Below, one piece after another: positions 27,603 through 35,450 of a DNA stretch of 64,000 nucleotides (positions within the stretch are counted from its first letter, which is position 1; every line of letters begins with the position of its first letter). The notes beneath the pieces were generated by a model. The model was not told the origin of the DNA. It saw only the letters and a program-made list of their open reading frames with translations, and ran no database searches. The position numbers and the translations under genes are program-made. Source of the DNA: a virus; IMG/VR virus record IMGVR_UViG_3300043788_000169, positions 68,502-132,501 of that record. The stretch is one strand, 5' to 3'.

Positions 27603-28817
27603 CTATATGCGCCATCCGTCTCGGCCTACTTCGCGCAGAACCGTGCACGAGCGTGCCTTGACTTTGTCTCCCAGAGCGATCATGGAAGCCACGTCCACGG
27701 CACAGGCCATGAAGCGCGTTGCGGAGCGGTCATAGCCGAGCGCTTCCCCCACCGTGGCACAGAAGTGCAGACCGTTGCCGCAAACCTCGGTTGGCCGGTA
27801 GTCCGGGGCGGTCACGGTCCGGCCTGGCAGGTACAGGCCAACGCCATTCGCTTGGCCGTTGTCTGACCAGCCGTCCGCACGCACAGCCTTGTAAAGCTCC
27901 ACCGTGGCCGGCAGTTCGCTGTTCGGCGTGGCTATGAGGCGATGCCCGGCCAGCCATTCCGCACGCTCACGGGGGATACGCTCGCGCGCTTCCTTGCGAG
28001 CCTGCGCCTCCGCGCGCTTGCGTGCCCGCGCTGCTTTCTCCGCCGCGTGCCGCTCCGCCTCTTCCCGCGCTGCGCGCTCTTCCGGCAGTTCCGGCATGCG
28101 CCGCGCGTCCGGATCGATCACCATGCCGGAGCTGTCCACGCGGATACCGTCATAGAAGATCACCGGTCGTTGCTGTGAGCCGTAGTCGGCAGCCTTCGAG
28201 CCGTGGCAGTTGTGGCATGTGGCCTTGTGGCGGCCGATCACACCCTGCCCGCGGTGCCTGTTCCATTGCCCGACTACGGACGTTCGCATGGGCTGGTCAG
28301 TCAGCGGCCGGCCGTTCCGTCGTAGTGGTTGCGGTGTGGTCCGGACTGCTGAGGGGTGCTGCAGATCGTAGTTCACGCTCCACTCGCTACCCGGGTAGGT
28401 CTCTCCGTCTACCTCAGTCATCCATGCTGAGTAGTCGGCCGTCCGGTAGTAGCTGACCCTGCCCCAGTCGTCTACGGTGACCAGCCCCGTGCCCTTGCAC
28501 GTCCGGCACTTCTGGACCTTGGCCGGCATGCGGGGGTCGGAACTGTGCCACACAGCCCAGACGCCACGGTGTGAGTACACCCGCGCGGGCCCGTAGCCAT
28601 TGATCCTGTCTTTGGTGGTGACGGTCTCCCACCCGCCAGTGTTCAGGGTGTACGTGCCGTCTGCATGGATGGTCACCACGTCTGTGTTGTGGAGCCGCAC
28701 CGCGTAGTCTTCCCCGCGCTGCACTAGATAAGTGTTGTTCTGGAGCAAGCGCCGCTTGCCGTAACCGCGATCTTGTGCACGCGCCATCCTGGTCTGTGCG
28801 TCTTGGTAGCTGAGCAT
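27603..28817 (-). CDS. Mosaic hypothetical protein with split CxxCxG zinc motifs
   Basis: N-terminal RLHNTDVV...LNTGGW.TVTTKDRIN; CRTCKGTG and CHNCHGS; C-terminal YKAV...CGNGLHFC...DKVKA module. Confidence 0.8.
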   Translation of the reverse strand: MLSYQDAQTRMARAQDRGYGKRRLLQNNTYLVQRGEDYAVRLHNTDVVTIHADGTYTLNTGGWETVTTKDRINGYGPARVYSHRGVWAVWHSSDPRMPAKVQKCRTCKGTGLVTVDDWGRVSYYRTADYSAWMTEVDGETYPGSEWSVNYDLQHPSAVRTTPQPLRRNGRPLTDQPMRTSVVGQWNRHRGQGVIGRHKATCHNCHGSKAADYGSQQRPVIFYDGIRVDSSGMVIDPDARRMPELPEERAAREEAERHAAEKAARARKRAEAQARKEARERIPRERAEWLAGHRLIATPNSELPATVELYKAVRADGWSDNGQANGVGLYLPGRTVTAPDYRPTEVCGNGLHFCATVGEALGYDRSATRFMACAVDVASMIALGDKVKARSCTVLREVGRDGWRI

Positions 28818-28824
28818 TGGTGCC

Positions 28825-28927
28825 GCCTCCGTTTGTGGGCTTGACCTTGTGACCTCACCTTAGCATGGCTGGTAGACACGTGTCAACTAGAAACCTCCCG
28901 TACCCTGTGGCGGATACGGGAGGTTTC
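28825..28927 (-). promoter_or_regulatory. Palindrome copy 10 / promoter + leader + upstream hairpin
   Basis: Palindrome 28872-28887; TTGACA-N18-TAAGGT; hairpin 28890-28927. Confidence 0.85.
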
Positions 28928-28943
28928 CGGGGTGAGCTGAGAG

Positions 28944-29474
28944 CTAGTCAGGCTCGCCTAGCGGGTCGGTCTGGCTGAGAATGTTGGTGATCAGCTCCGC
29001 GCGGTTGGGGATCGCCGGCGAACTCTCCAGCGCTTCCGTGATCTTGCGCCATTCCGCACGGGTGAGGTACGCGCTGAGAATGTCATCGTCGGCAATGCCG
29101 AACGTGTCCGACTCCCAGACGTAGAGCCGGCAGTTGTCGGCCACGTCGTAGGGGAAGTGCTCCTCCACCATGCTCTGTATGGCACGGTTCCACGTGTCCG
29201 GCCGGCCGCGGAAGAGCGGCGCATTGGCGCGCTTGTTGTCGAAGCTGGCAGCGAGGTTATACAGGGTGTCCGCCTTCGCACGGATCTTCCATGCGTCCTC
29301 ATACTGGCCGGCGTCCGCGTAGCTGACCGCGGTGTCCCCTGCCTGATCGGCCGACTCGCTCAGCATGCGCCGCGCTTCATCGGCAACGTCGCGCCACGTC
29401 GTGGCCACGCTGAAATTATCGTCGCTCGCGTCCGGCCCGTATCCGGGCAGCCCGTAGGCAAGGATGTAGCGCAT
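28944..29474 (-). CDS. Hypothetical protein
   Basis: GGGGAGG RBS; Y.LPGY.PD N-terminus. Confidence 0.7.
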   Translation of the reverse strand: MRYILAYGLPGYGPDASDDNFSVATTWRDVADEARRMLSESADQAGDTAVSYADAGQYEDAWKIRAKADTLYNLAASFDNKRANAPLFRGRPDTWNRAIQSMVEEHFPYDVADNCRLYVWESDTFGIADDDILSAYLTRAEWRKITEALESSPAIPNRAELITNILSQTDPLGEPD

Positions 29475-29479
29475 GGCGG

Positions 29480-29662
29480 TTACCTCCCCTGCCTGATCAG
29501 GTATCCGAAGCCGGCCGCGTCACGCTGGTCAGCGCGGAATGCGGCACGCTGCAGACTGGCACGCCGGCGGGCACGCTGCACGCGGCCGGCCTTGACGGCC
29601 AGGCGTTCAGCCAGCGGCGCACGCGGAGCCGCGTGCCGTGGGGTGGGGTTGGTGTCGTTCAT
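29480..29662 (-). CDS. Small basic hypothetical protein
   Basis: Leader RBS upstream. Confidence 0.6.
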   Translation of the reverse strand: MNDTNPTPRHAAPRAPLAERLAVKAGRVQRARRRASLQRAAFRADQRDAAGFGYLIRQGR

Positions 29663-29669
29663 TGTTCTA

Positions 29670-29746
29670 GCCTCCGTTTGGTGGGCTTGCTTACAAGGTC
29701 AATCCTGCCATGGCGGTAGACACGTGTCAACCGCTCGTGTTAGTCT
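29670..29746. promoter_or_regulatory. Palindrome copy 11 / bidirectional promoter
   Basis: GCGGTAGACACGTGTCAACCGC 29713-29734; - TTGACA-N17-CAGGAT; + TAGACA-N18-TAGTCT. Confidence 0.8.
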
Positions 29747-29752
29747 GTTCTC

Positions 29753-29932
29753 ATGAAGCGCAGAGTACCTAGCCGGCTGGCAAGCGCTCGCGCTTACTGG
29801 CGGCTGGCAGCTAAATCTCGCCTGTCGGGTGACTACCGGCAAGGTGATCACTGGCAGTCTGTAGGTGATCGGTTCTATCGGATGTATCAGAGAGATCTGG
29901 AAAGATCACTAGGGAACTCCGGCCGGCCGTAA
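29753..29932 (+). CDS. Leaderless small basic protein (59 aa, absent from ORF track)
   Basis: ATG 6 nt after TAGTCT; MKRRVPSRLASARAYWRLAAKSRLSGDYRQGDHWQSVGDRFYRMYQRDLERSLGNSGRP*. Confidence 0.55.
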   Translation: MKRRVPSRLASARAYWRLAAKSRLSGDYRQGDHWQSVGDRFYRMYQRDLERSLGNSGRP

Positions 29933-29953
29933 GCATGCACCGATGCCCAGAGC

Positions 29954-30556
29954 ATGCCTGTAGTCGACTCCCCGGACGTCTCAGATCTTCCGCCGGCGTT
30001 GCGGCCGCGTAAGGCCAGCCTGCCGGACGTACTGTCTGATCTTCCTGTCGGGTTTAACGTGCTAGCTCAGCCGCTAGCGCAGGGCCAGCGCGCGGAGCCG
30101 GAGCCGCTAGTTGTCCAGTGCTATCACTGCGCGCGTATCCGCCACAGTAAGTGCGCGCGCATCGCGGGCACCGGTCCCTGTCTGTGCTATCAGTGCCACA
30201 GATTCAGGATCATTGCCGACGCTGAGAGCGCGCTCGTGTCGCATGACGCGCGGCGCATGGCGGAATCGCTGCAGCTCACGCTGATCTTGCTCGCTCAGCG
30301 CGCCAAGCGTGAGCCAATAGACAATCCGGACCCTTACCCCCCGCGGGCATGCGCGTGCGGCTGTGGCCGGCTCGTCTACAGCTCACCTCTTGGAGGCGCA
30401 CGGAAGAAATACGCGCGTCGCTCGTGCCGTGAGGCTGCGAGCATGCGAAGGTTCCGGGCCCGCAAACGTGAGGGTAAAACAGGGACGTTTGTATTCATCT
30501 CAGCGTTTGATGAGAATGGCTTTCCCCTGCCTGGCATGGTGGCTCCGCCGGCCTAG
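29954..30556 (+). CDS. Cys-rich putative zinc-finger DNA-binding protein
   Basis: CYHC...C...CLCYQC and CACGCGR...KKY...SCR...R.FRARK motifs. Confidence 0.55.
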   Translation: MPVVDSPDVSDLPPALRPRKASLPDVLSDLPVGFNVLAQPLAQGQRAEPEPLVVQCYHCARIRHSKCARIAGTGPCLCYQCHRFRIIADAESALVSHDARRMAESLQLTLILLAQRAKREPIDNPDPYPPRACACGCGRLVYSSPLGGARKKYARRSCREAASMRRFRARKREGKTGTFVFISAFDENGFPLPGMVAPPA

Positions 30557-30620
30557 GCGGGCCCTAGACCGGACGGTATGCCACGATGCAGCTATTTTGC
30601 GAGCTGTGGCGTGGCCAGCC

Positions 30621-30995
30621 TCACCAGTCCACGTCTATCCAGCAGATAGCCTCCCCGGGGCAGTCGCAGCGCTGACCGCGGTGTGAGCCGTCCGGAGCCG
30701 CGAGGTAGAGATCAGTGCGCAGCACCATTTCGGGTAGCGGGTAGTCAAGCGCGTGCGCCTCATCTACCAGAGCTTGCGCCGCGCGCTTGACTTCCGCCTC
30801 CGTGCCCACAGCTAGACGCGCGTCGTTTGGCTGCATCGGCTGGCACTGCCACAGCTCCCACTTAGGGCACCTGCCACACGTGCACGGACGCCGGCCCGGT
30901 TCCAGCCGCTGCAGCTCAGCACACGTGTGGATACCGTCCGGATACTCGCGGCCGACGCGTGCCACTTCGTCTATGGTCTCTTGGCTGATCTTCAT
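30621..30995 (-). CDS. Cys-containing hypothetical protein
   Basis: ATGA coupling to upstream gene. Confidence 0.6.
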   Translation of the reverse strand: MKISQETIDEVARVGREYPDGIHTCAELQRLEPGRRPCTCGRCPKWELWQCQPMQPNDARLAVGTEAEVKRAAQALVDEAHALDYPLPEMVLRTDLYLAAPDGSHRGQRCDCPGEAICWIDVDW

Positions 30996-31936
30996 GAGAG
31001 CGCGCCAATCTGGTAACCGAGCCGGCTGGACATGGCGCGCATGCCGTCAAGGTCTCCGGCGCAACGGGGGTCGGCTGTGGCAATCGAGAGCGTGAGCGCC
31101 CCCCATACCATCCATAGCTCAGCGACTGACAGCACCCATGGCTGTGGGTCGCTGAGCTTGCCGCGGAGCGCGCGGAGCCGCGCGGCGTTGGCTTCCGTCA
31201 CGCCGGCGTTCTCCAGCGTGCTCAGCGTGTTCTCTGCGGCATCCTGAGCCATGGCACGCTCAGCGCTCGTGAGCAGTCCGGCCGGCCGCGGGTAGGTCTG
31301 TATCGGCTGTGCTTTCCCGTTGACGTTCTGGACGTGATCGCCGGCGTACTCAGCCGACCACACTCGCTCGCGGTCGGCTTCCTGCGCCCACAGCTCAGAA
31401 GCCATGAGCGCGGCCGAGTCAAAGCCGATCCCCGCGTACTGCTCTAGCGCTTGCGCTATGAGTCCCCAGCATGCGCACGTTCCCGCGTGCACCGGATTGC
31501 CGCACGTGTGGCACCAATCGGGGCCACCCCGTGAGCGCAGCCACGCGTCTACCGCGTCCGTGACCGCATTGGCCATGGCCGTCTCAGCATCGCTGAACAT
31601 CACCTCGCTCAGGTCATCCCCGCGCGGCTGGTAGCCGTCAAGCGCGCTGATCACGTACTCGTTGGCGTCCACATGATCATGCAGCTCAGCAAACGAGCGC
31701 GCGGTGTCCGGGATGACGCCGGCTGTCATGTCCTCCGTGATCATGCGCTGAACGTCGGCCGCGTAGCGCTGAATCTGTGCCGGCTCCGGCACTATCGCCT
31801 GTGCCTCACGGTGAGCTGTCGACCGTAGGCAGTTCCCGCACGTGACGTCCGACCATGCGTTCGTGTCCATGACCGTACGTGCGCGCAGTCCGCATGCGGT
31901 GTAGTCGCTTGGTGGTGTCCTGTGGTGAGTCTTCAC
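30992..31936 (-). CDS. Mosaic hypothetical protein with zinc-ribbon motifs
   Basis: TACG...VTCGNCL; SFAELHDHVDANEY; CHTCG...C.C; leader RBS. Confidence 0.75.
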   Translation of the reverse strand: MKTHHRTPPSDYTACGLRARTVMDTNAWSDVTCGNCLRSTAHREAQAIVPEPAQIQRYAADVQRMITEDMTAGVIPDTARSFAELHDHVDANEYVISALDGYQPRGDDLSEVMFSDAETAMANAVTDAVDAWLRSRGGPDWCHTCGNPVHAGTCACWGLIAQALEQYAGIGFDSAALMASELWAQEADRERVWSAEYAGDHVQNVNGKAQPIQTYPRPAGLLTSAERAMAQDAAENTLSTLENAGVTEANAARLRALRGKLSDPQPWVLSVAELWMVWGALTLSIATADPRCAGDLDGMRAMSSRLGYQIGALS

Positions 31937-31944
31937 TGTGCCTA

Positions 31945-32041
31945 GCCTCCGTTTGTGGGCTGTGGAGTCTCCACCGTATCATGCACGGTTGACACGTGTC
32001 TACTCAGCACAAGACCCCCGCACCAATCGGCGCGGGGGTCT
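31945..32041 (-). promoter_or_regulatory. Palindrome copy 12 / promoter via TAGACA + leader + hairpin
   Basis: Palindrome 31988-32003 in opposite orientation; TAGACA-N18-TACGGT; hairpin 32012-32041. Confidence 0.8.
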
Positions 32042-32058
32042 GTGTGGCTGTGCTGGCC

Positions 32059-32292
32059 CTAGTGCCGGCAGTGACAGCTAGCTAGGCATGCGGGACAGCC
32101 GAACGCCGTTCCGGGGGAGTGCGGCGAGGTGTGCTGTGGCGTGCTGTCGGCGCGCTCGTGCTGCCACGCGCTGGGCAGGAAACCTCCCCCGGACAGCCAT
32201 TCATCCAGACCGGCCATAGCGTCGGCCGCCTCCGTGGCATCCCCGTTTGCGTATGCCGCGCGGAAGTTGGCTAGTGCTGCGTTCGGGTCCAT
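32059..32292 (-). CDS. Hypothetical protein
   Basis: MDPNAAL...LDEWLSGGGFLPSAW motif; leader RBS. Confidence 0.75.
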   Translation of the reverse strand: MDPNAALANFRAAYANGDATEAADAMAGLDEWLSGGGFLPSAWQHERADSTPQHTSPHSPGTAFGCPACLASCHCRH

Positions 32293-32300
32293 TGCTCTGT

Positions 32301-32407
32301 GCCTCCGTTTGCTGGGCTGTGGAGACTCCATAGTCCCATGCAGGGTAGACACGTGTCAACCGGACACGCTAGACTCATCCCACGATGCACCGCCCACAAA
32401 CGGAGGC
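32301..32407. promoter_or_regulatory. Palindrome copy 13 / bidirectional promoter with two leaders
   Basis: Palindrome 32345-32360; - TTGACA-N18-GACTAT; + TAGACA-N18-TAGACT. Confidence 0.85.
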
Positions 32408-32416
32408 AAGACTCAG

Positions 32417-32737
32417 ATGGCAAAGATCTCAGCCCGTGGCGCAACCGCGCTATGCCAAGTCAAGGCCAGCAAACCGGAGCCAGGCACACAGCTCACGCAC
32501 GACGGCAAGGTGCACCTCACGCTGACACTGGCCAGCGACGGTCGTGTTCTGCGTCAGGTGCACCACAACTTCCGCAGCTCCACAGCCAAGAGCGGTTACC
32601 GGCGCTCAGCCTCCGGCATGACGGTCGTAACCAAGCTCACCCGTGACGACATGGCCACGCGCTCCACAGCTCAGCTCAGCGCCGGACTGGCCCGCCTAGC
32701 GTGCCGGCTTGGCTTCACTCCAGACAGTGAGGCGTGA
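32417..32737 (+). CDS. Hypothetical protein
   Basis: MAKISARG start from leader RBS. Confidence 0.7.
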   Translation: MAKISARGATALCQVKASKPEPGTQLTHDGKVHLTLTLASDGRVLRQVHHNFRSSTAKSGYRRSASGMTVVTKLTRDDMATRSTAQLSAGLARLACRLGFTPDSEA

Positions 32738-32949
32738 TCGCCATGGCCTACAGCGAGACGTACACAGCCGACGTCGCGGCACAGTTCCTAGCGGATGCTG
32801 CTGTGCTTACGGCGGACGGACACGCACAGCTCGTGAACGCGCCGCATGGCGAGGTGAGCGGCACGGACACCCGCGCAAGCTTCGTGATCATGCTTGACGG
32901 CACGCCCTTTCGCGTGAGCGTGACGCCGGCCACAGCAGCGGAGGTGTGA
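32734..32949 (+). CDS. Hypothetical protein
   Basis: GTGA coupling. Confidence 0.6.
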   Translation: MIAMAYSETYTADVAAQFLADAAVLTADGHAQLVNAPHGEVSGTDTRASFVIMLDGTPFRVSVTPATAAEV

Positions 32950-33152
32950 TCGCCATGGCTGTCAGGGCACCGGACGTACGCGAGGTGCGCGCCACCCCGG
33001 ACGAGCTAGCGGACTGGCGCAAGCGCTACCCCCGCCGTGCCAATCACCCGCCTTACCGCGTCGAGTGCCGGAGGTGCGGGACGCGTATGTGGCTGTCCGG
33101 CATCGGGCTAGGTGCCCACAGGCGCAAGTGCCCCGGAGCCGGGCAGTCCTAG
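32946..33152 (+). CDS. Small zinc-finger-like protein
   Basis: CRRCG...H...C; GTGA coupling. Confidence 0.6.
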   Translation: MIAMAVRAPDVREVRATPDELADWRKRYPRRANHPPYRVECRRCGTRMWLSGIGLGAHRRKCPGAGQS

Positions 33153-33453
33153 TCCCCACGTTCAGCCAAACGGGCCGGAGGCGCACAGCAGCTCTCCGGC
33201 CCGTTCTCATGCGCCTAGGCGGGCCCCCCACAGGCCCTGCAGCTCTCCGCACAGCCGTTGCCCCATGGCGTCACATGGGGTTTCGTCCGGGCATGGCTGT
33301 AGGCATGATGTACTAAATTGCAGCTCCCCCGCCTACAGCCCGCTAGTAGCGTCTGCCCAGCGCTGAGATTCACGCTGGCAGCCGTTCAGCCCTACCCGCA
33401 TGAGAGACCGGGTAGGGCAACCGGCAGAATCGCTCTCAGGGACGTACAGCCGC

Positions 33454-34524
33454 TTACAAGCGCTGCAGCCACGCGTCATCTATCGCGGCGTCCGTGTTGC
33501 GGTGGCGCCCCGTGTAGTCGCTCGGTATGTCCCACAGCTCTCCGGCGTGGCGTCCGCTCGTGGCGTCCTCTGCCTCCGCTATCGCTGACGCGCTGCAGCT
33601 CCCCGGAATCGGGCAGTCTGGCCCTAGCCGGCAGACACAGCCGGAATCGCTCAGCAGCTCCGCGCAGAAACAGGGGTCCGCACCATGCACGGGGCAGCCC
33701 GCGGCGTTGTCCGAGAGCGTGAGCGCAACTGCCACGGCAAGCACCTCCGCCTCACTGGGCACCGGAACGGCTACCGCGTCCAGCAGCGCGCACATGGCGC
33801 GGCAGTTGGGGCACACGGGCACGTCCTCGCCCATGAGTTCGCTGTAGGCGGTCAGCGTGCCGTCACACGGTGCTGAGCACTCTTCACAGCTCACGAGTTC
33901 GTCAGGGCAGGCAGCGGTAACCAGGAACGTCGTGTGGCACACGGGGCACATGGTCTCCCCGCCGGCCTGCGGGTAGTCAATCCAGACGCCGCAGCACTGC
34001 AGCATGAGCTGTGGAACCGGCTGTGCGGAGACTCGCGTGCTCAGCCCGTGTCGCTCGCTGATCTCGTCAATGAGCGCGTTCGTCTCCGCTACCTCGCGTG
34101 CGGCATCCGCCGGCAGCAGCTCCACGGGCTGATCCGGCCCCCACACGCCAAACTCAAAGAGGTCCGTCTCCGTGGCAAGCGCGGTGGTGAACCGCGCCGG
34201 CTTGGTGTTCTCATACCCCACGTAGTAGGGCTGGCCGTCGCGTTCGCACTGCTCAGCAACCGCGAGCATGGCCGGCTTGTCGCTCACGGCGTTCCAGCCG
34301 TGCGCCTCCGCCACCATGTCCCATGCCATGCGCTGACGCGGGCCAAGCGCCCTGTACTCTGCGCGGTAGGTGCCCGGACCGTCCGTACATCCGCTGTCCA
34401 GTGCTGACTCTTCCACGGCCGGCGCTATCCCGTGCGCACGCCTGTGCAGGTCGTTAATGCGTGCGTGCACGCTGAGCTGCAGATTCGCGTATGACGTGGC
34501 CTCTTGCGCGTAGTGGCTGTGCAT
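33454..34524 (-). CDS. Cys-rich hypothetical protein
   Basis: Leader RBS; several CxxC pairs in the C-terminal half. Confidence 0.65.
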   Translation of the reverse strand: MHSHYAQEATSYANLQLSVHARINDLHRRAHGIAPAVEESALDSGCTDGPGTYRAEYRALGPRQRMAWDMVAEAHGWNAVSDKPAMLAVAEQCERDGQPYYVGYENTKPARFTTALATETDLFEFGVWGPDQPVELLPADAAREVAETNALIDEISERHGLSTRVSAQPVPQLMLQCCGVWIDYPQAGGETMCPVCHTTFLVTAACPDELVSCEECSAPCDGTLTAYSELMGEDVPVCPNCRAMCALLDAVAVPVPSEAEVLAVAVALTLSDNAAGCPVHGADPCFCAELLSDSGCVCRLGPDCPIPGSCSASAIAEAEDATSGRHAGELWDIPSDYTGRHRNTDAAIDDAWLQRL

Positions 34525-34531
34525 GTCCTGT

Positions 34532-34598
34532 GCCTCCGTTTGGTGGGCTGGTTGGGTTGTGCATGCTCAGACTCCCAATGCAGTAGACACGTGTCTAC
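34532..34598 (-). promoter_or_regulatory. Palindrome copy 14 (perfect GTAGACACGTGTCTAC) + leader
   Basis: Palindrome 34583-34598; TAGACA-N17-GAGTCT; AGCCCACCAAACGGAGGC. Confidence 0.75.
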
Positions 34599-34734
34599 CC
34601 GTTAAGCCTCTATTGTTATCAACCTGTGACCTGCCCAAATGATCAGCCTCCGTTTAGCGCCAGGCGCCTGGCCAGCCACGACTCACCATCCGCCGGCTAG
34701 CCCGGTACTCAATTAGATGGGCACAGCCTCCGTT

Positions 34735-34965
34735 TAGCTCCCCCGTTCTCACACCCCGATAGTCCCACCCAATGAGACACCCCCCGCGCCGCAGCTCAGC
34801 TCACGCCGCAGCCATGCCGCACAGCTCCCCGTGCGCCGCGCTCAGCTCCCCCCACAGCCACGCTCAGCCCCTGCCCTGTGTCAGGACATGGCCAGCCACG
34901 CACAGACGCTCTCAGCCCCGCGGGCGCACAGCTCAGCTCCCCGCGCCCGTCCGTCCGGCTCCCCC
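34735..34965 (+). repeat. Cluster of CAGCTC(CCC)-like direct repeats
   Basis: Copies or variants at 34735, 34792, 34822, 34843, 34863, 34911, 34929/34934, 34957. Confidence 0.55.
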
Positions 34966-35090
34966 TGCCGCCGGCTAGGCGTGCGCCCCCGCCGCGGCCG
35001 CCCCCCGTCGTGCGGCGCACGCGGGTTAGGAGTCCCGTTCCTCCGCCCCCGCACTGACCGGCGCCTTCCATTAACAGATGCACCCGCGAC

Positions 35091-35311
35091 GTCACAGCAC
35101 ATCACCCGTCCCCGCGGGATGCAGGGTTTGATGACCGGGGGAAGTGATTGTGATGTGTGATGGAGCCCCCTGACCTGTGATAAGACCAGGAAAGGTGGTC
35201 ACTGTGATGTGGCGGGTCACAGTACCCCCCAGATGATGTCACATGCCGCTGACCTGGGCGCATCACTATCTTGTGATGGGGGACATCACAGCCGCCGCCG
35301 GGTGGTGTGAT
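35091..35311. repeat. Array of TGTGAY hexamers
   Basis: TGTGAT at 35149, 35156, 35176, 35203, 35272, 35306; RTCACA at 35091, 35216, 35238, 35285. Confidence 0.75.
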
Positions 35312-35450
35312 CTGGCGCCTGGCCGGTAATAATGGCAGGGCGTGCCCCAGGGAGCCTGCGGAACGATGATCAGCGTCCCCGTTCCGGCAAACCAGGACCG
35401 TTACCCCCTGGGGCCGCCCCGCCAGGCGAAACGGAAGGCGGAGAAGTCCC

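Noticed and set aside
32730-32960. Repeated GTGATCGCCATGGC at two gene junctions
   Set aside because: Short and explained by coupled stop/start plus RBS context; no further structure
14727-34598. Palindromic repeats as a CRISPR array
   Set aside because: Copies are hundreds to thousands of bp apart, separated by genes, and sit at promoter positions; no cas genes
35203-35290. Canonical CRP sites
   Set aside because: Spacer is 9 bp rather than 6; kept only as an unexplained array
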